Part shown: one piece after another, positions 1-13,389 of the stretch | Layout: the number at the start of each line of letters is the position of its first letter | Numbering within the stretch: position 1 is the first letter of the stretch | Assembly: GCF_048593235.1 (NCBI RefSeq) | Contig: NC_133623.1 | Location: forward strand, 43,144,211 to 43,208,210 | From: Sminthopsis crassicaudata | Lineage: Eukaryota | Reading direction: 5' to 3' | Length of the DNA: 64,000 nucleotides | Translations under genes and position numbers: made by a program | Notes under the pieces: model-generated | Seen by the model: the letters and a program-made list of their open reading frames with translations, nothing else | Told to the model about the DNA's origin: nothing | Database searches by the model: none

Positions 1-1286
1 TGGAAGAGAGATAGACTAAACAGCCTCTGAGATCCCTTCAGGCTCTAGATCTAGACTCCTCTGGTTACTTTCCACCAATTGATTTTTCAGCTCTGTGTAG
101 TCACTTCAACTTTAAAGTAACAGAAAACTACACGACAAGGAGGCCTCAGAAAAGTACAAAAGTGGCAAGGCCGGGTGAAGTGCCCTGAGAAAACTAAGGG
201 TTTGATTTACACTGCAGCATGCAGGCATGGGCAAGCACGGGCACACATGGGTACACACACATGTGCACATGGGCACACACACTCCCCTCCTTAGCGGTAT
301 TCAGGTGTGTGGTGAATTGAATTGAAATTGAGGAAATAACTGTTTCTCTAGGGACTGATCAAATTAGAGCTTAAAAATTGATCTTGGGACAGCTAGATGG
401 AGCAGAGGGTGAAGCAAGGACCCTGAAGCCAGAAGGACCTGGGTTCAAATTCAGCCTCAGATACTTAAGGCTTACTATCTGTGTGACCTTCACATCACTT
501 AATCCTGATTGTCAAAATTAAATCAATCTTACTTTAGGATTTCCAAATTCAGAGAGAGAGACTCAGGGTAAACACAATCTGCTCTAACCTACTTTGGCAG
601 GCAGCATGGGGCCAGGGAAGGAAAAAGTGCTGAACTTGGGGTCACTGGGCCTAAGCCTTGGCCCCAGTTTTGCTACTTCTTGCCTCTGTGACCTTGGGTA
701 AATTGCCCTCCTGAACTTCAGTTTTCTTTTCTGCAAATTGATATACGTGTGAGGGTGGAAGTGGGGTTGAACCAGACAACCTCTAGGGTTCCTCTCAGCT
801 TCAGATTTAGGAGCAGTAGGCTGGCAGTTCTTAAATGCCCTTTCCTTTGCTGCTTTATGAGGTTATGGGGGTCTGGGGAGGCAGTAAGGGGAAACCTGAA
901 AAGCCCATGGTTCCAGGAAAGGTCTTAGTCCCAGCTTTGGGGTCTCTGCTGATGGGTCATCAGTGTCATGCTCTCACTCTGGGTCTTGAGGTCTATATTC
1001 CTTAAGGTGAGTCCTGGGAAATAGGTGAGGCTGCTGAGAAGGCTCTACAGAGGCGTAGGCAGCAGCTTATGCTTTATATTCAGATACTAGGGAGAGTAAG
1101 GGGAAAAGAATGACATACTCTCAACGAGCAATTTGTAAAAAAAAAAAAAAAAAAATCCCAGTGTTTATTAGCAATACTCATAGGTCAGGGTGTCATAGGA
1201 CTCCCAAACTTGGGCTCAAGCATTGACTGACTTGGGTCCCTTTGGTTAAACACACTTAGCTGGATCAAGTAGAACCTGGGGTTTCT

Positions 1287-1477
1287 CTAGCTTCTTAAAG
1301 TGTGGGTCACAACCCCATATGGGTTCATATAACTGAATTTGGAGGCTGCAAAATTATCATTTATTAAAAGTAAATGTTTGATTTGTATACCTATTTTATA
1401 TACCTATATAGCTGGGATCACATAAAAATTTCTCGGGCAAGAAGGCATCACAAGTGGACAAAGTTTAAGAAGTCCTA
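1287..1477. mobile_element. hAT/Charlie-like non-autonomous DNA transposon (MITE)
   Basis: Inverted termini: left ctagcttcttaaagtgtgggtcacaacccc, right aaagtttaagaagtcctaat (reverse complement ggacttcttaaacttt). AT-rich interior, ~190 bp, resembles Charlie-type marsupial MITEs. Confidence 0.6.
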
Positions 1478-4400
1478 ATCTAAGTGAGACCGATAATGAT
1501 TCAGGGGTCTTCAGGAAATGGAGGGAAGCAATTGTCTGCTCTGGGACTTAGCTGCCTGTGCAAAGGGACTTGGTACTCTAGTGGAGGGGCTTCTGAGAGC
1601 CAGTCGGCCAGGCATCTTTACAGCAGCTCAGGGGAGAAAGAAGCTGAAATCAATCACATAAGTGAATTCTTGAAAAATTCAGCATAAAAAGTCCAAGCTT
1701 CCATTCCCAACCAAAAGAGATTCTGGAGAAAAGTCAAGAGCATCGGAGGGATGGAATGTTTTCCTCTAAATGCTTCCACGTGTTGTTTGCTACTTGAAGG
1801 GGAGCCCCTAAAATTCTCAGATAATGACGAGATCCAGAGGAGAGAAGAAAAAACAAAGCTTTGGCTAGGAGGGGCTAAGGTAGTGGTGGCCAGACTGATA
1901 CATTGCAAGTCTCTATAGTTATGTGCAGACGTGGCACATTGGGCACGCCTTCAAGATAGACTAGCAGTCCATGAATTCTACATTATACACTGTTATGGAA
2001 ACTTAGTTGCTAAGGGAAATAAGGCTTGCTCTATGCAATAATACTCCTCTTGGGAACATACCATTTAACCTACTAGAGGTCTGGAAGCTGCTTATTTCCT
2101 AGGGCTGATGCAGTCCAGAGGCAGATAATAATGTTTGCCACATCCGTGCCATGATCTACAGTCCCACAGGACTTGTAACCACATTATTCTATGCGAAGTG
2201 TTATTGCACCCATTTTGAAGAGGAGGAGGATGATAGTGATGGTGATAAAAGCTGATATAACACAGTAGAAGGTCAGTCTTAAGAGTCAGGAAGAACTGGA
2301 TAGCAAGAACTTGAAAGGCTGTCCCTTGGGAGAGAGATTAGCCTTCCCAGCTTGGTCTCAAAGGGCAGAATTAGGAGCACCTTGGGAGTTGCAAAGAAGT
2401 CAATTCCATGATAAATTTCCCTAACAATGAGAACTTTCCAAGATTGGAAGAGGCTGCTTCAGGAAGTTGTGGCTTATCCTTCCAGAAAGGCTAGAGGACC
2501 CACTTATTGAGGATGTTTTAAGAGTCATGTTTTTTTTTTTTTTTTCAACTATTAGTTGTTCTAGCTTATTCTCAAGACCTCTTCCCACCTCTGAAATGTT
2601 ATGATTCTGGATTCTGATTGGGTATTCAAGGCTTGCTTCTGACAAATACTATATGAAACTGAGCAAGTCGCATAAGTCTCAGTTTCAGTGGCCCAGGCAA
2701 GTCTTTAAGACTAGAAGTTGTCCATCGGCACCAGTGGAGGGATGAGCCACACCAGAATTTTGCAAAGCACTCTAAATACATCATCTCATTGGTCTTCACA
2801 AGAATCCAGTGAGGTGGGTTTTATTATCCCCATTTTATAGATGAGAGTGTGGGGAAACACAATTTCAATTGAATGAATGGAAACAACAGTGAGGACAAAG
2901 AAGTTTAGATGGGAAAGATGGAAGGACAGAATGTTCTGACAAAAAGGGTAATTTCAGTATTCAGTATCACGGAAACAGAATAGTTATGTAGGTGAAGGTA
3001 AGAGCTAAGGTATAACCATCCTTGTATGGGGCCAATGCAGAGTAAGCGTGTATGGGCCAGGCTTATTAATGATCCATCTGGGATTCCAAGATGTCTGAGG
3101 AGATAACCAACATGAAATCCCTAAATATGAAGACAAGTTGGAATAGAGAAAAAGCCTGTGAGCCAGATACTGAACTGAAAGTGAATAGCAAGAAAATAGC
3201 ACTGATGTCAGAGTCAGAAAAACTGTATGATCTCATACAAGTCACTTTACTATACTGGGCCTCCTCGGTAAATGAGAGCATTGGTTCAGATGCTTTTCAT
3301 GGTTCCCTCCGACTCTTAATATTGTATGTGTCTGTTGTTCTTCTATAAGCAAGCTCCTTAAAGGCCAGAACTGTCTTTGTTTTGTCTTTTTGTATTCCAA
3401 CAGCCTTGTAGGTGCCTAGAAAGCATTTAATAGAAATGCACAGATTTAGAGTTGGAAGGAACATGAACAGCTATCTAGTACAGTCATTCTATAGATGAAG
3501 AGACCATGGACCAGAGTAGTTAAGAAATTTGCCCAGATCACATGACAGGCCAAGTTGGGATTCAAACCCAAGTCCTTGGATTCCAAATCTAGGACTTTTT
3601 CCACAGAATGTCCTTGATTCATGTTGAGTAAATTCAAGTGAACTGAGTTTTCTTAAAGCAGGGCTCACCAGGATAAATAATTTCTTTGGCCCTTGCACTG
3701 AAACAAATTCACTTTGGAAACTTCAGTTTAAAAGCAGACGTGTCAAATAAGCAAATATAACCTAAACAGCCAAATGGCTCATTTTCCAGAGAGAAACTGT
3801 TTTTTCAACACAAAGGGCAAATGCTATTTCCAGTAAAAATGGTTGTTTATTGAGTGTTCCATGGGTTTCAGCTAATAAATGTCAGCTTCTATGAAAAAAA
3901 ACTATTCATTTGCAGCTCTGTGTCACGTATCTTTAACAAATCTGGAAAGAAGGCTAAATAATGGAGAGAGAGAATGATGGAATCAAGCAATTAGATTCTG
4001 TCTGTGAATCCATCTTCGCCAAGTGCCTTCCCTACCCTGGACCTCAATCAAATCTGCTTTGTACTCTATGACCTCTGAGGTCCATTCTAGCTCTGGTGGA
4101 CATTCTGTGGCCACAGCTATGAAAGATGTGTTGGCAAGGGTGCCCGCCTCTAAGGGGCCATGTGCTAGCTCTGTGCCCAATGCATACTTGGGAACTCATC
4201 CAATCTGACCCAATCCATCAAGTCCCCATTATGGGAAAGGCAATGAGCCAGGCACTGAAGAAGCAGAAACCCGTCTCTGCCTTCATTAAGCTTATAGTTG
4301 AGGGGGACAGGATATATACAACTTGTAAACCGCTAAGGACAGACATAATTACATCAGGAGGAAGAGCAGGATAGGGAAGGATTCAGCTCCTGCTCCTCCC

Positions 4401-5651
4401 TGTACTTAACCCTCCCAATATTTCAATATCAATACATTCTGACATTGTTAAGGGAAGTAAAGAATGTTCCCCACTAACCAAGAGTTCTCTGACCTTGAAA
4501 GAAAAATAGCTGTTTCCATGGAGACATTCACCCCCAAACAAACACACCAATTACCTCCTGGACTATTGGCAGACAGGTTGCTTGGAAGCTCTAACGGAAG
4601 AAGTTTCACATTTGCTTTTCTCATAGGGTAGGGCTGGTTTGGGATTTCTTTCTCCTCATTCTTTCCTCCCCCCACTCTCCCACAATAGTGGTAAAGCCAT
4701 CAGTGGAGTCAATTGTTTCTACAGGACTGGAATCTATGAGCGAATGCCTTTCTAGGGTTCATCACTGCCTACCCTATTTTGGAAACATCTCAGCCAAGAA
4801 AAATGAAGCAACCACAGAATCTTCACAACCTTCCATTTAAAAATATCATTTAAAATAACGATTAAGAACTTTTAAACATAACTTTTAAAAGTTTTTTTTA
4901 AAGACTGGAGGCATCTAGTCAGTACTTGGAAACTTTCCTTCCAATGGATATCATTAGCCAGCCCCGCTAGAGACCTATGTCCATTTAATCAGTGGTCCTG
5001 GAGGAGGGCCAGAGAAGATTAACCACAGGGTTATGTTTCCTAGAGTCTAGAGACATAAAATATATATACCTATTGATTGTTTCCTAAAGAATTCAACAAA
5101 TTTAAAAAAGAATTCTATAAATTCATAGAGTCCCCCAAATGTCCTAGATCAAACAATGCTCCCCCTCACCCCAAGCCACCGGCAAAGATCCAACCAGGTG
5201 AATGAGGGCAGTTAGTAATTAGGCAAGTCAATATCTGACCCATTACCGCAAGCCCAATTTGCTTCTACACTGGAAAATGACTAGATTGATAAAGCAAATA
5301 ATCTCTTTGATGGCACCAAACCATAGAGATAGCTCTACTTTAATCATTCCCCTAAAAGAAATATAATTATATAAATCAAGGGCATCTGATTTCAGAGTTC
5401 AGAAACATCTGTAATGCCCATGGTGATTTTCACAGGTGAATGGCTAGAGTGAATGCAAGGTACATTTTTTGCTCTGACAAACTTGAACATTACTAAGGTC
5501 CCATCCTACTTCACTTTTAGTCAGTGAATGTATGAGGCAGAAAAGGATATTGGATCTGCCATCAGATCTCCTGTCTCAACGATTATCTGTCTATCCCTTT
5601 ATCTCTCTGGGCCTCAGTTTCCTTCTTTATAAATGAAGGGGATGGGTTAGA

Positions 5652-5880
5652 TCATTGGTGTCAAAAGCAAATAGAATCTGGGTAGGGACCAGAGGGGGCA
5701 GGGAGTAGGGAAAGAGGGAAAAATTACTCCCCTACATAAGGATCCTTCCTGGCTTCATATTGGCTTAGCTTCAAAGTATAATATTAATCTGTATTTTATT
5801 GTATTTTTATTTATTTTGTTAAATATTTATTAATTGCATTTTAATCTGCTTCAGGTGCACTTGGGAGTGCTATGGGATCT
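5652..5880. mobile_element. hAT Charlie4-like MITE fragment
   Basis: tggtgtcaaaagcaaatagaa...tacataaggatcc...tattttattgtatttttatttattttgttaaatattt...ttttaatctgcttcaggtgcacttgggagtg follows the Charlie4-type internal pattern as I recall it. Confidence 0.5.
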
Positions 5881-6422
5881 AACTTTACTTTCAGATTGTA
5901 CAAGTCCCTTCATCTCTCTAGATTTCAATTTCCTCCTTGTTAAAATGAGGTGAATTAGATTAGATGACATCTAAAATCTCTTCTGCCTCTAAATCTATGA
6001 TCCTATGATTATTATTAATATTTTCAAACTAGATCTTTTATTTTTACATCAGAATTTTGAATGGAGCTACCAAAGGCTCTGATAAAATTTGAGAAGACAT
6101 CAATGGAGGATGAGACTAAGTGCCAAGAAGCCATCATTTCCCACTCACATTAGGGCTTTCAGACTGTGAAGATGTGCCCAGTGAGCACATTAAACAATTC
6201 AAAAAGGTATGTGAAAACAGTCAGATTTAGGTCACCGGTCTATTATCTAACTCATTTTTAAACATTAAAGATGTAAGTTTTCCCCAGGAAAAAATCCCCA
6301 GGACCAGATGGATTTACAAATTCTACCAAACATTTAAAGAACAATTAGCCCCAATGCTATATAAACTATTTGAAAAAATAGGGATTTAAGGAGTCCTACC
6401 AAACTCCTTTTATGACACAGAC

Positions 6423-7268
6423 ATGGTACTGATACCTAAACCAGGTAGATCAAAAACTGAGAAAGAAAACTATAGATCAATTTCCTTAATGAATATTGAT
6501 GCTAAAATTTTAAATAAGATATTAGCAAAAAGAATTCAGAAAATCATCCCCAGGATAATACACTATGATCAAGTAGGATTTATACCAGGAATGCAGGGCT
6601 GGTTTAATATTAGGAAAACTATTAGTATAATTGACCATATTAATAATCAAATTAGTAAAAACCATATGATCATCTCAATAGATGCAGAAAAAGCATTTGA
6701 CAAAATCCAACATCCATTCCTACTAAAAAAGCTTGAGAGTATAGGAATAAATGGACTATTCCTTAGAATAATCAGGAGCATATATTTACGACTGTCAGTA
6801 AGCATAATATGCAATAGAAATAAACTGCAACCTTTCCCAGTAAGATCAGGAGTGAAACAAGGTTGCCCACTATCACCATTACTATTCAATATAGTACTAG
6901 AAACGCTAGCCTCGGCAATAAGAGCCGAGAAAGAGATTCAAGGAATTAGAGTAGGAAATGAGGAAACCAAACTATCACTCTTTGCAGATGACATGATGGT
7001 ATACTTAGAGAACCCCAAAGACTCTGCTAAAAAGCTATTAGAAATAATTCAGAATTTTAGCAAAGTTGCAGGATACAAAATAAATCCACATAAATCCTCA
7101 GCATTTTTATATATCACCAACAAAATTCAACAGCAAGAGATACAAAGAGAAATTCCATTCCAAACAAATGTTGAGAGTATAAAATATTTGGGAATCCATG
7201 TACCAAAGAATAGTCAGGAATTATATGAGCAAAATTACGAAACACTTGCCACAAAAATAAAGTTTTAA
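6423..7268 (+). pseudogene. L1 ORF2 reverse transcriptase fragment (281 aa open segment)
   Basis: MVLIPKPG...[19 protein letters not shown]...[13 protein letters not shown]...[14 protein letters not shown]; ends at a premature stop caused by a tttaaa duplication. Confidence 0.95.
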
Positions 7269-7852
7269 ATTTAAATTTAAATAATTGGAAAGACATTGAG
7301 TGCTCTTGGATAGGCCGAGCGAATATAATAAAGATGACAATACTCCCCAAACTAATCTATTTATTTAGTGCTATACCAATCAGACTCCCAAGAAACGATT
7401 TTAATGACCTAGAAAAAATAACAACAAAATTCATATGGAAGAATAAAAGGTCGAGAATTGCAAGGGAACTAATGAAAAAAAAGTGAGATGAAGGTGGTCT
7501 AGGTGTACCTGATCTAAAGCTATATTATATAGCAGCAGTCACCAAAACCATTTGGTATTGGCTAAGAAATAGACCTGTCGATCAGTGGAACAGATTAGGT
7601 ACAAAGGACAAAAAAGGATACATCTATAGCAATCTAGTCTTTGACAAACCCAAAGATACCAACATTAGGGATAAAAATTCATTATTTGAAAAAAACTGTT
7701 GGGAAAACTGGAAATTAGTATGGCAGAAACTAGGCATGGGCCCACATTTAACACCACATACTAAGATAAGACCAAAATGGGTCCATGATTTAGGCATAAA
7801 GAACTAAATCATAAATAAATTAGAGGAACATAGGATAGTTTACCTCTCAGAC

Positions 7853-8722
7853 TTGTGGAGGAGGAAGGAATTTGTGTCCAAAGGAGAACTAGAGATCATT
7901 ATTGATCACAAAATAGAAGATTTTGATTACATCAAACTAAAAAGTTTCTGTACAAACAATACTAATGCAAACAAGATTAGAAGGGAAGTAACAAATTGGG
8001 AAAATATTTTTACAGCTAAAGGTTCTGATAAAGGTCTCATTTCCAAAATATATAGAGAACTGACCCTAATTTATAAGAAATCAAACCATTCTCCAATTGA
8101 TAAATGGTCAAAGGATATGAACAGACAATTCTCAGATGATGAAATTGAAACTATTTCCACTCATATGAAAGAGTGTTACAAATCACTATTGATCAGAGAA
8201 ATGCAAATTAAGACAACTCTGAGATACCACTACACACCTGTCAGATTGGCTAAGATGACAGGAACAAATAATGATGAATGTTGGAGGGAATGTGGGAAAA
8301 CTGGGACACTGATGCATTGTTGGTGGAGTTGTGAAAGAATCCAACCATTCTGGAGAGCAATCTGGAATTATGCCCAAAAAGTTATCAAAATGTGCATACC
8401 CTTTGACCCAGCCATACTACTACTGGGCTTATACCCCAAGGAACTACTAAAGAAGGGAAAGGGACATGTATGTGCCAAAATGTTTGTGGCAGCCCTTTTC
8501 ATAGTTGCTAGAAACTGGAAGATGAATGGATGTCCATCAATTGGAGAATGGTTGGGTAAACTATGGTATATGAATGTTATGGAATATTATTGTTCTGTAA
8601 GAAATGACCAGCAGGACGAATACAGAGAGGCTTGGAGAGACTTACATCAACTGATGCTGAGTGAAATGAACAGAACCAGAAGATCACTATACACTTCAAT
8701 ACTGTATGAGGATGTATTCTGA
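7853..8722 (+). pseudogene. L1 ORF2 C-terminal fragment (289 aa open segment)
   Basis: IKLKSFCT...IREMQIKTTLRYHYTPVR...CWRECGKTGTLMHCWW...YCSVRNDQQ, typical L1 ORF2 C-terminus. Confidence 0.95.
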
Positions 8723-10670
8723 TGGAAGTGGATATCTTCAACATAAAGAAGATCCAACTCACTTCCAGTTGATCAATGATGGACAGAAATAACTACACCC
8801 AGAGAAGGAACACTGGGAAGTGAATGTAAATTGTTAGCACTACTGTCTATCTACCCAGGTTACTTATACCTTCGGAATCTAATACTTAACGTGCAACAAG
8901 AAAATTGGATTTACACACATATATTGTATCTAGGTTATATTGTAACACATGTAAAATGTATGAGATTGCCTGTCATCAAGGGGAGGGAGTAGAGGGAGGG
9001 AGGGGATAATTTGGAAAAATGAATACAAGGGATAATGTTATAAAAAAATTACTTATGCATATACTGTCAAAAAAATGTATAATTATAAAATTTTTAAAAA
9101 TGGAAAAAAAAAGATTTAAGTTTTAAGTTGTTGGCTTAGCGGTAGAGAATTGAGCATATGAATTGGGAAAATTGGGGTTCACATGCCATCTCTGATCCTT
9201 ATGAGCTATGAGATCATGGGGAATTCAGTTAACCTTTTTGAGTGAGTCTCAGTTTTCTTATCTGTAAAATAGAAATTATAAGACATACACTACCCACCTT
9301 ACCCGACTGTCTCGAAGCTAAAATGGAAAAAATGTGTGGACACGCTTTGTAAACTAAGTGCTTTATAGATGTCAATTATTATTACATAGACCCATCTATC
9401 TGGGCACATCACTGGAGAGGCTGCACACAAAAAGACTCATTGTCTCATCTTTGGATAGTAGTGAAACCCCAAGATAATTAAGTTAAGCATTAGATTTTAC
9501 CACCCTCAAATAGATCATTACTTCTGAACCAGTTCAACTATCATGAGACCTACTGAGCAAAGACTTGTATTCAACTGGGAAAGAAGAAACTCATTGCTTG
9601 ACTTTTAATAGATTCCAAATTTTGCATGACCAGGCAATGGAATCTGAAGAATTTGCTCCCTCTCAGAGTCTGGTTTGATAAGACCGGGGAGGTTATGAGA
9701 TAGGAGGTTCCCAGGACTTTAGGACCAGCACGCACTTGGCTTTCAGTGTATATTCAGTTATTTATAATCTGTTTGACCTTAAGAGACTCTCAGTTTCTCC
9801 AACTGCTAAAAAAGAAAAAAAAAAAAAAGATTAGTCTATGTTAATTTAAAAGGCTACTTCTAGCTCTAACATTTTTCTAGCTAATCTTCAGTCTAATATG
9901 TTGCATAACAATTGCTGGATTTCCTCAGTTATTTAAAGTAACCTGCATTGAATGTTTTATTATGGTAATGTGAAGTGGTTTTGTTCTTAATGAATAGTTG
10001 GGAGAATATGTAGAAATGAGAGGCCTTTCAGTTTCAAACACACAAGGACCCCTGATAAGCCCACTCACTGATATGCCCACAAAGAGTGCCAGGTCTCCAA
10101 ACATTGTTGCTGATAACCCAGCATCACAATCTCGGCATTTATCCACGTACTTCTGCATTCCTAGGATATCATAAAAAAGTTGAACTTAAACAGTATAGCC
10201 CTGGCCTTACAATGGCTGCCTTCTGTAGTGGGAGAAGGGGGAGAGGTGAACCAGAACCTTCCAAAGTAGTGGTTCCTTAGAGATATCTGTGCCTGGAGCA
10301 GCACCGCAGCTTAAAGGCCTGCAGATACTCACAGTGAATAACCAATCATGGCAAGCACTTAAAATGAATTCACATCCTTCCTGTCCTGATATTGCTTTGG
10401 CTTTTGTTTCAGAACTAGACTTCTGTCTCTGCCTCAGATTCCAAGACTTAGGATCATCAGCCTAGAGCCACAAGGGGACCTCAAAAACCATGTAGTTCAA
10501 CCCCTCTTCACTATACAGAGGAGGAAACTGGGGCCTGGGAAATTTAAGGAGCTTGTCCAAGGCAACACTTCACTTTGTTTTATTTTTAATTTATTTAAAA
10601 TGTTCTTTTTTCCCCGGTTACATGCAAAAAAAAAAATATTTTAACCTAAGTTTTTAAAACTTTGAGTTCC

Positions 10671-11087
10671 CAGAAGATCGCTGTACACTTCAATACTGTA
10701 TGAGGATGTATTCTGATGGAAGTGGAAATCTTCAACATAAAGAAGATCCAACTCACTTCCAGTTGTTCAATGATGGACAGAGGTAGCTACACCCAGAGAA
10801 GAAACACTGGGAAGTGAATGTAAATTGTTAGCACTACTGTCTATCTACCCAGGTTACTTATACCTTCGGAAGCTAATACTTAATGTGCAACAAGAAAATG
10901 GTATTTACACACATGTATTGTATCTAGGTTATATTGTAACACATGTAAAATGTATGGGATTGCCTGTCATGGGGGGAGGGAGTAGAGGGAGGGGGGGGAT
11001 AATTTGGAAAAATGAATACAAGGGATAATATTATTTAAAAAAAAATAAAAAAAATTAAAACTAAAATTTAAAAAAAAAAAAAAAAAC
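10671..11087 (+). mobile_element. Short L1 3' fragment nested in an older antisense L1 3' end (~10580-11190)
   Basis: Nearly identical to 8680-9100; A-tail; TSD ctttgagttcc at 10660-10670 and 11088-11098. The flanks join into a continuous older reverse L1 3' end. Confidence 0.9.
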
Positions 11088-11849
11088 CTTTGAGTTCCAG
11101 ATTCTTTCCCTTCCTCCCTCCCCATCTCATTGAGAATGCAAGTAATTCAATATAGGTTATGCACGTGTGTGGTCATGCAAAATATTTCCATCACAGCAAG
11201 ACAAAACTCTTCTCTTTGCTACCAATTTCTTCCATCATTGTGACTAATGGCTACTGACCTATTATCATTCATTCAATAAGCACTTACTAAATGTCTTTAT
11301 GCTATAACAGCTATAACAGCCATGTACACTCTGAGTCGAAGCTTTATAGTGGCGACGAGGGGGATTGGTACTGATCCAGTGATGCTATCATTTAACTAGG
11401 TCCAACAAGTAATCTTGCTTTGGGGGGAGTGGATCATTCAATCCACAAACATTTCTTAAGAGTCTACTATGTTCCAAGTGTGAGATATCATGGTGTAGTG
11501 GTGAGAGACATGATTCCAGAGTCACAGACACTTCAGGTCTCTTCTCTGACATGTACTGATGAGATGACCTTGGACAAATCTCTTAATTTTTCAGTGCTCG
11601 AGTCAGTTCTCTAAGACTATAGGTTGCAGAGAAAGTGTTGATTTACATGGATAGAGGGAATTTCCTCACTATCCAATAGAGCAGACACAGGTATTATTTC
11701 CACTCTGCTTGCCTTGTGAAGAAGAGGAATCCTTCAAATGGCTGGTAAATTGAAATGCTTATAGAAGGCACTAACTGAATGTTTACATTTTTTCTTGCCT
11801 TACTAGTTCAAAGAAGAAAGACATACCAAAAGCCTCTGAGTAGGGAGAG

Positions 11850-12316
11850 TGTCACCCATGATTACATGATGCTTTTCTTCTTTACTTCTTTCTTGTTCTT
11901 AGATGATGGAATATCAGACCAAGCTACAACCTTATGAGCTTTGTAAGATCAAGAAAGTGAGCCCCAAAAGGTCTAGAAAGAGAGGGTTCTCTGCGAGATA
12001 TGGTGGACGACCAAGACCAATAAGAAAGTCCTAAGTGACATAAGTGACCCAGTATAGTAGGTGTTTAAAGGCAACCAAGAGGTAGCGATAGCAACTCATT
12101 CACCAGGTATGTCATATTTGGAAGTGGACTTGGTATGGCTAATACTTTGTAGCTAATGCTTTAAATCTAAGCCTGTTCTTCCCGGGGATCAATGTAGGAT
12201 AGGGGAGAGCGTGTTTCTGGATATTGAGGGAAAGGTTTGTAATTTCTGTTCTTGCTATATCCTCTCAGTAAATATCCCTTTGTAAAATCTAATTGATGTT
12301 AATCGGTTAAATGACA
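11850..12316 (+). mobile_element. Probable ERV solo LTR (467 bp)
   Basis: Starts TGTCA and ends TGACA (5-bp terminal inverted repeat). Flanking 6-mers ggagag / tgagag (1 mismatch). AGTAAA-like poly(A) signal ~45 bp before the 3' end, preceded by a GT/T-rich tract. Confidence 0.6.
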
Positions 12317-13389
12317 TGAGAGCACTAATTCCTAAAGGATATCAATGATATAAGGGAGGTGCTAACCGATCACCTATTTTGGAGGACACACACTGGAATG
12401 ATGGCTTGAGCAAATAGCGCAGAACCCCCCCCCCAATGATCTTCAGCATCCTCCTAGAACTTCTATTATTCTGAGATATGTGTGTGTGTGTGTATAAGAT
12501 GTGTGTTTATGTAGCAGTTTCTAAGAAGCTATGTAGTAGCTTCTAAGTCCTAAGCATCGGCTACATTGACACAAAAGATTTAGGTGGAAGAAACAAACTT
12601 GACGTTCTCCAAACCTTTCAGAGGAGAAGGAAACAATACAGACAGGAAATGAGACATCCCAGTGGCTGGGTCTACTCCAGGGTCTGGACTGATCAAACTC
12701 TGTCTGTGCTGAGACATTACCCAGATTTTGGTCTTGACTTCAAGCCATCACTCCTTCTATACTAGTGGCAGAATTTGGAGACCTGGGGACTGAAGGGAGA
12801 GTGTTAATCTCATAATCAAAGGATCAACATTATGAAATATTCCCTCTCATATAAATTTTCCATAAAACCCATAACTCTTTTCTGGGGTCCTAATAGGACA
12901 TAATCTGTGACTAGTACTGAAAATGGACCATCAGAAAGCTGAATCCATTACTTAAGAGCTATTCAAAGCCCTTTGCTGGAAGTTAAAAGGCCATATATAG
13001 TATGTGTCCTCATGGAGCTCCCAGCTGAGCACCACAGATCAGAACACAGAAAAGGAAAGCTCTGTTGATTAATCACACTCTTGGGCAGATGGCATGGCAT
13101 ACAATGACATGAGATTAATGGGGGAGATTTTTGCTTTGTCCTTCGGCCATTTCCCCTCCATCTCCCTCACCCTCTCGCTTATCTTCAGTCTCTGCTGACT
13201 GTTCCGTTACTGCCCACAAATATGTCTTTGTCTCCTCCATCCTTAAATCAAAGTCTTGTCTTGGACAAGTTCCGTAAATTTCCTGGACCCCAGCTTCCTC
13301 TGTGCAGTGGAGAGGGAAAACTATACAGTTTTTGAGGTCCCTTGTGGCTCTAGATTGATGAGCCTAAGTCTTGGAATCTGAGGCATCCT

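Larger units (their letters stand above)
6282..9109 (+). mobile_element. 5'-truncated L1 (ORF2 RT to 3'UTR and A-tail), inactivated
   Basis: ORF2 homology starts at ...SPGPDGF; RT motifs ([16 protein letters not shown]); C-terminal Cys-rich region (CWRECG...HCWWSC); 3'UTR and A-rich tail. TSD aaagatgtaagtttt (6267-6281) / aaagatttaagtttt (9110-9124), 1 mismatch. Several stops and frameshifts. Confidence 0.97.

Noticed and set aside
400-530. tRNA-like A/B-box sequences (here and at many other sites)
   Set aside because: They are tRNA-derived heads of MIR/CORE-SINEs; no cloverleaf.
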